Of a stretch of 50,993 bases of DNA, positions 28,686-38,503 are shown one piece after another. Each line of letters begins with the position of its first letter. The stretch's first letter is position 1. The DNA lies in NCBI GenBank assembly GCA_037142195.1, contig JBAXBA010000017.1, forward strand, positions 1 through 50,993. Direction: 5' to 3'. The DNA comes from Pseudomonadota bacterium (lineage in GTDB: Bacteria; Bdellovibrionota_B; Oligoflexia; Oligoflexales; CAIMVM01). The position numbers and the translations under genes were made by a program. The notes under the pieces were generated by a model. The model searched no databases, was not told the DNA's origin, and worked only from the letters and a program-made list of their open reading frames with translations.

Positions 28686-29471
28686 TTAATTCTCGTTTAT
28701 TTTTTCTGAAGATGCCTGAAAGAACCTGGCCTTTTTGCGCATTTCCTCTGACGTCATGCTTTTAAAAAACTGATTCTTATCCGACTCGACCGACTTGTCT
28801 TTAAGATCGGCAAGGCGGTCAAAAGAATTCGCGACCCTTCGGGATGCTGCTTTTACTAAGTCTTTATACTTGGGCCACTCGTCCACAAGCTCCATCGATC
28901 TCTGAGCACAGGCATGCCAAATTTCTTGCTTACAATAGAAGGCTCCCGCAAAGGCAAGGGCCTCTGCCAGACGCCTTTCTCCTTTTTCAATATTCACCTT
29001 AGCTTCGGCGATATATTTGGAAGTAGGATAATCTTTGACGAGTTCTTTAAACTCGGTGACTGCTTTTTCGGTAAATTCTTGATCGCGATCAATACTTTCT
29101 GGTGCTAAATTCCACTGACAAAGACCCATACGAAATTTGGCAAAATGAACCTCTTCGTGCTTGGGATGAAGCTTCATAAATTCAGAATACACAGCACTAG
29201 CTTCGGGAAATTGTTCTAGGCGATAGTGACTATCCGCAATTTGAAGCTCAGCCGTCGCCGTGAGATTGGAGTAGGGAAATCGAGCCGTGAACTCCTTAAG
29301 TTTCGTCAACGCAATCTCGTAGTTACCATCATCATAAGATTCTTTAGCTGCAACATAGGCCGCCTGAGGATCGTTGGGGTCACCTTTGGTGCTGGTACAC
29401 CCTTGAGTCAACATACTAAAACCTAAAATTAAAATAAGATTCTTTAGATTATACAAGGTTAGACCTTTCAT
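28686..29471 (-). CDS. bamD: outer membrane assembly lipoprotein BamD
   Basis: Lipobox TQGC, TPR helices, RFPYS, FMKLHPKH, DRDQEFTEKA, YPTSKY. Confidence 0.9.
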   Translation of the reverse strand: MKGLTLYNLKNLILILGFSMLTQGCTSTKGDPNDPQAAYVAAKESYDDGNYEIALTKLKEFTARFPYSNLTATAELQIADSHYRLEQFPEASAVYSEFMKLHPKHEEVHFAKFRMGLCQWNLAPESIDRDQEFTEKAVTEFKELVKDYPTSKYIAEAKVNIEKGERRLAEALAFAGAFYCKQEIWHACAQRSMELVDEWPKYKDLVKAASRRVANSFDRLADLKDKSVESDKNQFFKSMTSEEMRKKARFFQASSEKINEN

Positions 29472-29484
29472 TTTAGAAAAAAAC

Positions 29485-29510
29485 TCAATTTTCCTGAGTT
29501 ATGCCGATAG
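29485..29510 (+). promoter_or_regulatory. candidate sigma28 promoter upstream of the TonB gene
   Basis: TCAA-N14-GCCGATAG. Confidence 0.4.
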
Positions 29511-29573
29511 TCTACCTAACCACAAGGCACAAGGCAACCGACTGGTTCATTAGAAATCTTGAGGATCAACAGT

Positions 29574-30419
29574 ATGGCTCAAAGACGGAAAATTCTAATC
29601 ATTTCAGCTGGCATCCATCTTCTTGGCCTCGCCGTTCTGCCAAGCTTCAGACTTGACAATCAAAAGGTCAAATCTAAGCCACTAGCTCTAAAAATTATGG
29701 AACAAAACCCGCGGCCTAACGACACTATGGTGATGAATAGCCAAACTCCGACTGTCCCCCCTCCTGCTGAAGCTGCGGAAAGTTGGCAGGATCACAGAGC
29801 CCAAATAAATCAAAAGCCCAAAGAGGTCGTCCTGAAGGCCAAAGAAGCGTCATCTTCAACCCCAGCCACCCCCAAAAAATCCCCTTCTGAAGTAGCTCAA
29901 ACACCCCCACCCCCTAAAGGTAAAGAATCCCCAAGTGACAAAACAACTGGCAATAAGGGAATGATTGGATCTTTAAATGGCATCTCCCAAAGAAATCCCT
30001 ATGAAAAATTCTTAAGCCAGGCAGGTGTCCAACTCCTTAACAAGAACCTCGCAGGTACTGAAAACTTAGAAAAGGGCGATGGAGATCGCCTGGACCTAGA
30101 TACGAAAGAATACCGCTACATGGGGTATTTCTCGAGTATGAGAAAATCTATAGAGCTTGTTTGGGTATATCCGGCGGAAGCTGCGCGGCGGGGGATCCAA
30201 GGGACGGTTACTGTAGAGTTCACCATTGAAAAATCTGGTGCCAGCAAAAAGATCAAAGTTTTGCGGTCCAGCGGCTCGGAATCCCTAGATAACGCTATTG
30301 TCACTGCTATCCGCGAAGCTCAACCTTTCTCTCCCCTTCCACAAGGTTTTGGCAAAGACAAACTTACTGTTACGGGAAACTTCAATTATGTGTTGACGGG
30401 TTATGCTATAAGTCACTAG
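29574..30419 (+). CDS. TonB-family energy transducer
   Basis: N-terminal TM with SxxxH, Pro/Lys-rich linker, C-domain YPAEAARRGIQGTV, SSGSESLD, PFSPLP. Confidence 0.85.
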   Translation: MAQRRKILIISAGIHLLGLAVLPSFRLDNQKVKSKPLALKIMEQNPRPNDTMVMNSQTPTVPPPAEAAESWQDHRAQINQKPKEVVLKAKEASSSTPATPKKSPSEVAQTPPPPKGKESPSDKTTGNKGMIGSLNGISQRNPYEKFLSQAGVQLLNKNLAGTENLEKGDGDRLDLDTKEYRYMGYFSSMRKSIELVWVYPAEAARRGIQGTVTVEFTIEKSGASKKIKVLRSSGSESLDNAIVTAIREAQPFSPLPQGFGKDKLTVTGNFNYVLTGYAISH

Positions 30420-30512
30420 TCTCGCCGTTTGCCTGATTCTTGAAAGACTCATAATTTGTCATTAATTTTAAATGGTTATTCATTTTATAAAGAACGCCAA
30501 ATTGCAGAAAAG

Positions 30513-30539
30513 TAAGTTTTAGGGTCGACTTGCCGAAAG
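30513..30539 (+). promoter_or_regulatory. candidate sigma28 promoter upstream of mltD
   Basis: TAAG-N15-GCCGAAAG, about 40 nt before the ATG. Confidence 0.4.
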
Positions 30540-30578
30540 CTTGAGGTCCGACTTTTATGACGTTTACTTTGGGAAGCA

Positions 30579-31874
30579 ATGTATAAATTAGCCACCCTCA
30601 TTCTAATCCTTAGTTTACCTGCTGCCTGCAAGGTAAATCCTAGAAATTATGAGCTTGCGGAATTCGCTCCCACGCCCTCTGCCGCAAAGCCTGAACCCAA
30701 AAATAGGATTTTTGTTGATCTGACTGGTGAGGAACTTTTACCTGAACCTATCAGTCAGATTGGAACGTGCAATGAGGACATCTATACTTCATGGTTCGTA
30801 GAACAATACAAAGCATCTCATCCCTTTAAAGGAAAATCAAAGTCTTCCAAGCAGACTTGGGAAAAAGAGGCCTTAGCCTATGCCATGAGTCGACTGGCTA
30901 ATTCCGATATTGGGGAAAAGACGAGCTCACTACCCGTAGCGAATGAACCTGAAGTGGATCGATGGATTCGTTTTTTTAAAGCGAGCGATAGATCCACATT
31001 TTTAAAATGGTTATCGGTAGGCGAAAGTGTGGAACATTTAATTTTACCTGAACTCGCGCGCTACGGGGTCCCAAAAGAATTCTACTATTTAGCTATGATT
31101 GAATCAGGCTTTAATTCTAAAGCAAAGTCAATGGCTTCGGCAGCTGGCACTTGGCAGTTTATGTCAGGAACAGCAAAGCTTTATGGCCTCAGAGTGGATC
31201 GCTTTGTCGACGAAAGAAAAGACCCATTAAAATCAAGTCGAGCTGCGGCACAACTTCTAAAAGATCTCTACAGTCAATTTGGAGATTGGTATCTCGCCAT
31301 GGCCGCTTATAATGCCGGCCCAGGGCGGGTTGAAAAAGCAATTAAGCTCGGAAAAACGAGAGATTTTTGGGCCCTCGCAAGAGGCAGGTACTTGCCAAAA
31401 GAAACCGCTGAATATGTCCCACGGTGGATTGCTGCCTTTAAAGTCGGCTCCGAAAGGGCGAAACATGGATTTTACCTGAGCGATGAGACGGAAAACCTAG
31501 TGCCAAATTCTTCCGTCACTCTTAGTAAAGCGTACTCTATTCATGAACTTGCTAAGGCCCTAGGGGTTTCAGAAAGTACGTTGAACCATTGGAATCCTGA
31601 GCTTTTGAAAGGCATCACTCCCCCTTTAGCCAAAGGAAAAACCTACGAGCTTAGACTCGAAGATCAAATGGCCAAAAAACTCACCGTGAGCTTAACGACT
31701 CTACCTTTTCTAGATATCAAGGAAACCATGGAATATCATGTGCGACCTGGAGATACCTTAAACGCCATTGCCAAAAGACATGGCGTATCTCTAGCGGAAA
31801 TTCATAAATTAAATCCTGGCATCAAGCCAAGCGCTCTAAAAATTGGTCGGGGCGTCTTGCTACCTGCAGGTTAA
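30579..31874 (+). CDS. mltD: MltD-like lytic transglycosylase with LysM, lipoprotein
   Basis: Lipobox PAAC; LAMIESGF, AAGTWQFM, AAYNAG, ETAEYVP; C-terminal LysM YHVRPGDTL. Confidence 0.88.
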   Translation: MYKLATLILILSLPAACKVNPRNYELAEFAPTPSAAKPEPKNRIFVDLTGEELLPEPISQIGTCNEDIYTSWFVEQYKASHPFKGKSKSSKQTWEKEALAYAMSRLANSDIGEKTSSLPVANEPEVDRWIRFFKASDRSTFLKWLSVGESVEHLILPELARYGVPKEFYYLAMIESGFNSKAKSMASAAGTWQFMSGTAKLYGLRVDRFVDERKDPLKSSRAAAQLLKDLYSQFGDWYLAMAAYNAGPGRVEKAIKLGKTRDFWALARGRYLPKETAEYVPRWIAAFKVGSERAKHGFYLSDETENLVPNSSVTLSKAYSIHELAKALGVSESTLNHWNPELLKGITPPLAKGKTYELRLEDQMAKKLTVSLTTLPFLDIKETMEYHVRPGDTLNAIAKRHGVSLAEIHKLNPGIKPSALKIGRGVLLPAG

Positions 31875-32035
31875 TTCGCGCCGCAATGAATTCCCATTCC
31901 ACCCAAAACGCTGCATGACGGAACGCCATCGTTTCTGGCGAGCAAATCCATCATGGACCGCGCTGAAGAACGGAATGACTGCTTCAAAACTCTTCTAGGT
32001 AACTATCAATCGGTGCTGCAAAAGAATATTCTCAC

Positions 32036-32674
32036 TCAATGATGCTCATCGTCATGGGTCACAGACTTATGAAAGGCTGCATGCAGAACCCCCCCAGCCA
32101 ACAAGGCTTGAAGGGAACCTACCCAAATCCTGGAATCCACGATAAATGTTTGAATCCCTCGACTGGAAAAAAAACCAAAAAGAAAGGCAGCTGCGAGCAA
32201 CGAATAAACTAAATAGGCGTAGCGTTTGCCCAGCTCTTTTTCCAATTGGACCCAGATGAACAAACCTGCCGTTAAGCGATGAAAAACCACAATGGGTGCT
32301 GTTCCCGTAATATAAACCGGCGAATCCACCAATCGAATGACGAGACCATCCAAAATGCCATGGAGCCCAAGGCCTAAAACGATAAAAGGGAAAACCCAGG
32401 TGTGAATCAGAAATCTTGTAATTTTTGCGGCATCGAAAATGAGAGAAGATAAAAAGCCTAGGGATGCTACGACCGGAGCAACTAGCCCTGCAAAGGCATA
32501 AGCTTCAGGTAAGATATGGAAAAGTATGGTTAAGGAAATACCCCAATTGATGGCTGTGTAAAGCTTTATATGGCGATCCGCCATCGCTTCTAAATACCTA
32601 GAAAGGGAGGGAACCAGGGCCATAAGTATCAAACTCGCCACGAGATAAAGAATGGCAGTAGGCTCGATCATCAA
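32036..32674 (-). CDS. ZIP-like metal transporter membrane protein
   Basis: About 7 TM; HILPEA, LHGILDG, FHRL, LAGGVLH motifs; His-rich tail. Confidence 0.6.
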   Translation of the reverse strand: MMIEPTAILYLVASLILMALVPSLSRYLEAMADRHIKLYTAINWGISLTILFHILPEAYAFAGLVAPVVASLGFLSSLIFDAAKITRFLIHTWVFPFIVLGLGLHGILDGLVIRLVDSPVYITGTAPIVVFHRLTAGLFIWVQLEKELGKRYAYLVYSLLAAAFLFGFFSSRGIQTFIVDSRIWVGSLQALLAGGVLHAAFHKSVTHDDEHH

Positions 32675-32914
32675 AAAGTGTCTCCAATTCGCACAATGGG
32701 AGTCGACTCATATCAGATAATCACGACAAAAAAGAGCACTTTTCTGAAGCTATAGACAAGAAATGCCTCAAGGTGTTTAAAAATTAGTCTAAATCACTGA
32801 TATAGGGAAACTTTTCCTTAAAATAGATGTTTGATCTCCTTGCCTTGAATGAAATTTAGCTTCAAAATAGGGGATGTTGATCCCATATATCCCTTCCCGT
32901 ATAAGGTAAAACCT

Positions 32915-33703
32915 ATGAAAATACTCGTGCTCCTAAAGCAAACTCCTGATACTGAGGCGAAAGTGTCTCCCAAAGGCGACGGAACTGGACTCGACATTGC
33001 TGGCACCATTATCATCAATCCCTATGATGAATTTGCCGTAGAAGAAGCCTTAAAAGTTAAAGAAAAAAATGGTTCTGGCGAAGTGGTGATTGTAAGCTGC
33101 GGCCCAGCTGACATCAAAGAGCGGATGATAAAGGCGCTTGCTATGGGCGCTGATCGCGGCGTGTATATTGAAAATACTGGCCTTGAAGATGCCGATTCTT
33201 TAACGACTGCTAGACTCATCGCAGCGGCTGTAAAAGCTGAAAATGCTGATTTAGTATTTAGCGGAAAGCAAGGCATCGACGCCGATAATATGCATGTCGG
33301 CATTATGGTTGCTGAACTTCTAGGTTGGCCCCATGTGAATGTGGTCAATAAATTTGAATTAGAAGGTAAAACCGCACGTGTCGAGCGCGAAGTAGAAGGT
33401 GGCCAAGTAGAAGTTTACCAAGTAGAACTTCCAGCCGTAATTGGAGCCAACAAGTCTCTAAATACACCTCGATTTGCTTCCCTCCCTGGAATCATGAAAG
33501 CCAAGAAGAAGCCTTTAGATGTCAAAAAGCCAAGTGATCTAGGATTGGATATCGGTCAGCTCAAGTCTGAAATAAAAGCTCAAGTAGTCAGCTACAATAA
33601 GCCTCCTCAAAAGCCTGCAGGTAAAGTCTTTAAAGGAGAGTCCGTAGAAGAAATGGTGTCTAAAGTTGTTAAACTTCTTCGTGAAGAAGCGAAGGTCATC
33701 TAA
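32915..33703 (+). CDS. etfB: electron transfer flavoprotein beta subunit
   Basis: KQTPD, INPYDEFAVEEAL, LAMGADR, GKQGID, NTPRFASLPGIMKAKKKP; start ATG 32915. Confidence 0.95.
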   Translation: MKILVLLKQTPDTEAKVSPKGDGTGLDIAGTIIINPYDEFAVEEALKVKEKNGSGEVVIVSCGPADIKERMIKALAMGADRGVYIENTGLEDADSLTTARLIAAAVKAENADLVFSGKQGIDADNMHVGIMVAELLGWPHVNVVNKFELEGKTARVEREVEGGQVEVYQVELPAVIGANKSLNTPRFASLPGIMKAKKKPLDVKKPSDLGLDIGQLKSEIKAQVVSYNKPPQKPAGKVFKGESVEEMVSKVVKLLREEAKVI

Positions 33704-33717
33704 AAGAGGATTTATAT

Positions 33718-34671
33718 ATGAAAGTACTTGTATTCGTGGAACAGCGAGACGGTAAAATTAAGACTTCTTCTAGAGAAGCCATTGCCGCTGCCCATCAAAT
33801 AGCGGGCAGTTCCGCAAACGTAGCCGCACTCGTAGTCGGAACTCCAGGAGATGGACTTAAAGATGCAGGTGTTGACACGATATTCACAGTTAATAAACCC
33901 GAATTTAAATTGTTTAATGTGATGAACTATACGGCTGCAGCTCAAAAGGCAGTCGAAGAATTTAAAGCCGAGGCCGTCATTGGCATGGCATCTCCCATGG
34001 GAAGAGAATTGTTTCCAAGACTCGCAGCTCGCTTAAATGGTGGCCTCATTACCGATGTGACTTCGTTACAAGCTAGTAGCGGGTCTTTTAAAGGCGGTAC
34101 AAAACCCATGTACGCTGGAAAAGTATTAGCCCAAGTTGAGTTTAAAGGATCAGGAATTAAACTCGTTACGGTAAGACCGAACTCCATTCAAACAACTGTG
34201 AGTGGTGGAGCTGGAAATGTTGTGGAATTGGCGGTAGCAACTGCAGATTCTAAACTTAAGACCTTAGAAGTTAAAAAAGGAAGTAGCGATAAGCCAGACT
34301 TAACGGAAGCTGCTCGCATTATTTCTGGTGGTAGATCTTTAGGTTCAGCCGATAACTTTAAAATCATTAACGAATGCGCTGATGCATTGAATGCAACTGT
34401 TGGTGCATCACGAGCGGCAGTCGACGCAGGATACGCAGGCCACAGCATGCAAGTAGGCCAGACAGGTAAAACCGTCAGCCCGCAGCTTTACGTGGCTTGT
34501 GGGATTTCTGGAGCCATCCAACATATGGCTGGAATGCGCACATCTAAGGTCATCGTTGCCATAAATTCCGACCCCGAAGCTCCGATATTCTCTGTTGCTG
34601 ATTATGGAATCGTTGCTGATCTTTTCGAAGCTGTTCCCATTCTCACAAAGAAACTTAAAGAAATTCTTTAA
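33718..34671 (+). CDS. etfA: electron transfer flavoprotein alpha subunit
   Basis: ISGGR, VGASRAAVDAG, QVGQTGK, GISGAIQH, AINSDPEAPIF. Confidence 0.96.
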   Translation: MKVLVFVEQRDGKIKTSSREAIAAAHQIAGSSANVAALVVGTPGDGLKDAGVDTIFTVNKPEFKLFNVMNYTAAAQKAVEEFKAEAVIGMASPMGRELFPRLAARLNGGLITDVTSLQASSGSFKGGTKPMYAGKVLAQVEFKGSGIKLVTVRPNSIQTTVSGGAGNVVELAVATADSKLKTLEVKKGSSDKPDLTEAARIISGGRSLGSADNFKIINECADALNATVGASRAAVDAGYAGHSMQVGQTGKTVSPQLYVACGISGAIQHMAGMRTSKVIVAINSDPEAPIFSVADYGIVADLFEAVPILTKKLKEIL

Positions 34672-34711
34672 GTTCAAAGCAATTATTGGCTACAGTAAGC
34701 CAATTCAGCCA

Positions 34712-34753
34712 AGAAAAAGTGAGGGAGAATTTCGATTTTCCCTCACTTTTTCT
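34712..34753 (+). terminator. bidirectional intrinsic terminator after etfA
   Basis: AGAAAAAGTGAGGGAGAAT-TTCG-ATTTTCCCTCACTTTTTCT. Confidence 0.9.
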
Positions 34754-35223
34754 ATAACTATCCCCGCCTCTAAAGAAATATCAATGGTCCAAAAGACCCC
34801 AAATCCTTTCCAATTCGACATTCTAGTTTCGCCATGAAGGGCCTTGAAATCAACTTCAAGTAGGACTTTGAGATCCCAAATTTACTGGACAGTGGCATTC
34901 ATATGCAGGAATCTTCATGTCACTCTTGGAGAAGGTGCCACAAGAAAACGTAATGAACATGCTCCTAGGGACTATTTCCATATTAGAGGCTTCACTGTAA
35001 ATATGGCTAAAACTCTCAAAGTTTACGCTAATGCCAAAATATAAACGAAACAGAAAAAAACAACGAAGCCGCTCGTGATTGGATTTCAGGAATGGAATCA
35101 GCGTATCGGCGCTAGGAGTTTCGAAAGTTCTCATTTAATTAGCTTACAATGGATTTTCAACTCTAAAATACCAAAGTGTCTTGAAAAGCACCTGGACATG
35201 AGGGACAAAATGAGCTCATCAGA

Positions 35224-35288
35224 AATCGAGCAAATTGCGTATAAATACAATTTACTCGATTGTATTTTGTAGTACTATGCAATATACT
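35224..35288 (+). promoter_or_regulatory. sigma70 promoter with overlapping inverted repeats
   Basis: TTGTAT(35260-65)-17-TATACT(35283-88); IRs AATCGAGCAAATTG/CAATTTACTCGATT (13/14) and AAATACAAT/ATTGTATTT. Confidence 0.65.
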
Positions 35289-35321
35289 GGTTTTATGCGA
35301 CTTCGGGATGGAGGTTTATTT

Positions 35322-36464
35322 ATGGCAGAATTCTCGTTGAATAATAGATATTTGTTTGATGTTATAGAGGAATTCACCCAGAAGAAAATGGTTTTCATCG
35401 GTGGACCACGCCAGGTAGGCAAGACCACACTGTGTTTGCAGTTTCTTTCACCGCCAAACGTTTCGAATGCGAACTACCTCAATTGGGACAACGTCTCAGA
35501 CCAGAGAGAGCTACGGAAAGGATTGCTTCCAGGAGGGTCGCTGGTTGTATTGGATGAGATTCATAAATTTAAGAACTGGCGCAATTTAGTAAAAGGCTTC
35601 TACGACAAAAAAAAGAATGTGCAAAATTTTTTAGTCACAGGTTCGGCGCGCCTCGACTACTATCGTCGCGGTGGTGATTCTTTACTGGGGCGCTACCGTT
35701 ATCTCAGGCTCCATCCGCTTTCTGTGCCCGAGCTTCGCATCGAGTCCCAGGCTGGACTTGAGCGACTGCTCAAATTTGGTGGCTTTCCGGAACCCTTTTT
35801 TTCTGGGAATGAGCGAGACTGGAAGCTGTGGGCTCGCGAGCGAGTCTATCGTATTGTTCGTGATGATGTTAGAGATCTAGAAAATGTTCGCGACATTTCA
35901 AGCATTGAGCTTTTGGCTGATGCATTGATCGCACGAGTTGGGTCACCACTATCTGTAAATAATCTAGCACAAGATCTTCAGGTGAATTTTCGCACGGCAG
36001 AATCTTGGATTTCAATTCTGGAGCGAATCTATTACTGCTTTCGCATCGCTCCGTATGGAGCACCCAAAATCAAGGCGGTCAAAAAAGAGAAAAAACTATA
36101 TTTGTGGGACTGGAGTACTGTTGAAGAGCCTGGCGCAAAATTTGAAAACATGGTGGCCAGTCATCTTCTTAAATATTGCCATTTTATTGAAGACACTGAG
36201 GGCGACACCATGGAGCTTAGATTTCTGCGTGATATTGAGAAGCGCGAAGTCGACTTTGTTGTTTTAAAAAACAAAAAGCCTCTATTTGGCGTTGAGTGCA
36301 AAACCGGAGAAAAGACTATTTCGCCTCACTTAAAGTATTTTAAAAACAGAACGATTATTCCACTATTTTATCAGGTGCATCTTGGGAAGAAATCCTATGA
36401 ACCCGAGGAGGGAATTAAAGTAATGCCCTTTGTGGATTTCTGCAGAGATACGAAGCTCGTGTAG
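35322..36464 (+). CDS. AAA_14 ATPase with DUF4143 domain (COG1373-like)
   Basis: GPRQVGKTT, VLDEIH, VTGS, DSLLGR, GGFPE, KKLYLWD, FENMV, EVDFVV...VECK; GGAGG before ATG 35322. Confidence 0.9.
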   Translation: MAEFSLNNRYLFDVIEEFTQKKMVFIGGPRQVGKTTLCLQFLSPPNVSNANYLNWDNVSDQRELRKGLLPGGSLVVLDEIHKFKNWRNLVKGFYDKKKNVQNFLVTGSARLDYYRRGGDSLLGRYRYLRLHPLSVPELRIESQAGLERLLKFGGFPEPFFSGNERDWKLWARERVYRIVRDDVRDLENVRDISSIELLADALIARVGSPLSVNNLAQDLQVNFRTAESWISILERIYYCFRIAPYGAPKIKAVKKEKKLYLWDWSTVEEPGAKFENMVASHLLKYCHFIEDTEGDTMELRFLRDIEKREVDFVVLKNKKPLFGVECKTGEKTISPHLKYFKNRTIIPLFYQVHLGKKSYEPEEGIKVMPFVDFCRDTKLV

Positions 36465-37131
36465 GGAGGATACCAAAATCATTGCAAGAACTACTAAATC
36501 ATCGGCCTAGCATCATTTCAAGACATTTCCCAATTCGGCAAAAATTGGGGACGCAAATGCGAATAGCTGCAGAGACTCCTGTGAAAGCTGGTGGACATTG
36601 GATGATCAGACAGGCACTCAATATGATTAACTTTTGTAAAGCCACCAAGGACTTCGAGATGGAATTTTTCGAATCCCCTTCTCACTGCTTGCATTGCGAG
36701 AAACCCCGCCTCGCGTCCAATCTATTTCCAAAATCGCTTTTGATTAATTGCGTTCAGCAATACAAACAAATAGAGCTAAGAAACACAAAACACCGCCAAC
36801 AAAGGAACTACTAAACGTTAAATCAAAAAAAGATGTAGTTTGCAACAAAACGCATAGCTGTCTAGTCCCGATAATTTATATTAAGACTATTTCCTAATAT
36901 TCCAAGTAGATTTGATTTTATAAAGTCGGTATTTCCATCGTGTCTCAAAGAAGGGAAATGAATGGGTCAGGGCCCTAAACTTAAGGCCCTATCCCTCGCA
37001 AGGCATGAAACAGAGATGTAAAGACTTCTCGTACTTAAGGTCGATTTAAAGCAACACTTTCAAGCCAGGACACCTGGCGTTCCCTCTGCTCTCGTTTCAA
37101 AGTACCTCTTTTAAAATGAATCTTGAGTCCA

Positions 37132-38334
37132 TTAATCACGGCAAATGATTTTAGTCATGATGTAGCCAAATCCAGCGGGCAACTTCTCAATGGGATTATC
37201 AAAGAACCAAACCTTAGCCCATTCATTACCATCAGAATCGCGAACGAGTTCCTCTGAGGTTGCTTCGATCTGTTCTCCTAATACAGTTTTACCAATGACT
37301 TGGGTTAAGCTTCTATTGAAAACGTTAGCAAAGCCATTTTTGCTCTCAATATTACAAACTTTCGCGTTAGCTATGTGGACGACAGGAGGCGGGACTGGTT
37401 CGGGCGTAGGAGCGTTCGTGCCACAAGGGTTCGGGCTGCCAAGCTTCGCTTTTTCAGCCGTACAAATCCAATTGGGATGATCAAGGCCACTCCAGGTCTT
37501 AAATATATGGGAAGTTGCTGGGGAATTGCGTGAAGCAGAGATATCGCTATTGTCAGGGGTATAATCTACATCCACAAATTTCCCCGCAAATTGTCCATCA
37601 GGTACCTTATCATAGGATTTATGGGGCAATACTTCTACTACTGTACTTACCGGCACCAAATCATCAACGGTCCACATGCGATTCATATCCACACCCAGTA
37701 AATGGGCCAGCTCAACTACGTGCTCTCCTTGCATACGATTGCAAGCGTGGGATACAGGCCCACGAATGAGTCGCCAAAGACCTGATGACCGTGTGATAGG
37801 ACCATGAAACGCGATGTTCCGACCCCTTTCATATTCAATATAAGGAAATCCTCCCCACGGAGTTGACTTATTTTTCTCCCCACCAGTACCAAATGGATTA
37901 TAGGGGAAAACGGCGACATTTTTGTATTCCTTAGGAGCGGCGTTTGAGGCCTTAACCCCCGCATCCGTAGTAAAGCTCGAGTCCACTGTTGCTATGGGAT
38001 AGACGACCGTAATTCTTTGACGACCATGAATCACATCAGATACGGCATGATCGGGCAAGGTTTCCTTAAAGTCAGGGGGAGCAAAGCCGCTCACCCGAAT
38101 GGTATGACCACGAACGGACAAAACGATTCTAGTTTCTGAAAGGTGGGGAAGCTGGCCACCATAAATCCAGACCGGATCACTTCCATCCCGACGGGGGTCT
38201 TTTAAGTCAGCTTCGGTTGAGCCTTTTTGCGAGACGCGACACCCCAAAACACTAAAAATAGCTCCCCCTAATAGAGATAGCCCAACAAAACTTCTAAAAC
38301 TAAACTTCGAAAACAAGTTGTGCTGCGCCTTCAT
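37132..38334 (-). CDS. L,D-transpeptidase (YkuD-like) lipoprotein with C-terminal SH3-like domain
   Basis: Lipobox VLGC; IAFHG...VSHACNRM catalytic His/Cys motif; Pro linker PTPEPVPPP; WAKV...GYI; GAGG before ATG 38334. Confidence 0.78.
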   Translation of the reverse strand: MKAQHNLFSKFSFRSFVGLSLLGGAIFSVLGCRVSQKGSTEADLKDPRRDGSDPVWIYGGQLPHLSETRIVLSVRGHTIRVSGFAPPDFKETLPDHAVSDVIHGRQRITVVYPIATVDSSFTTDAGVKASNAAPKEYKNVAVFPYNPFGTGGEKNKSTPWGGFPYIEYERGRNIAFHGPITRSSGLWRLIRGPVSHACNRMQGEHVVELAHLLGVDMNRMWTVDDLVPVSTVVEVLPHKSYDKVPDGQFAGKFVDVDYTPDNSDISASRNSPATSHIFKTWSGLDHPNWICTAEKAKLGSPNPCGTNAPTPEPVPPPVVHIANAKVCNIESKNGFANVFNRSLTQVIGKTVLGEQIEATSEELVRDSDGNEWAKVWFFDNPIEKLPAGFGYIMTKIICRD

Positions 38335-38503
38335 TATGAATTCCTCTAAAAATAAGTTAGGTCTCGCCTGACTCAAAGCATATATTAACACAAACTTGCA
38401 AGACTACCGACTGATTGAGGGTGTCGCATGAAAAATCCGTTCTTCCTAGTTTGGCAAGCTCTATCCTTTTAAAACATAGTGTCGATAAGGCGCTAGTTTA
38501 TAA

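Noticed and set aside
34760..35220. Short ORFs between etfA and the AAA ATPase
   Set aside because: No RBS-supported ORF with a recognisable domain; probably eroded DNA
36482..36814. 110-aa ORF after the AAA ATPase
   Set aside because: TTG start with a poorly spaced RBS and no family motif; the single CxxC is not enough to support it
38465..38490. GTCGATAA sigma28 -10-like box
   Set aside because: No matching -35 element and no plus-strand gene downstream
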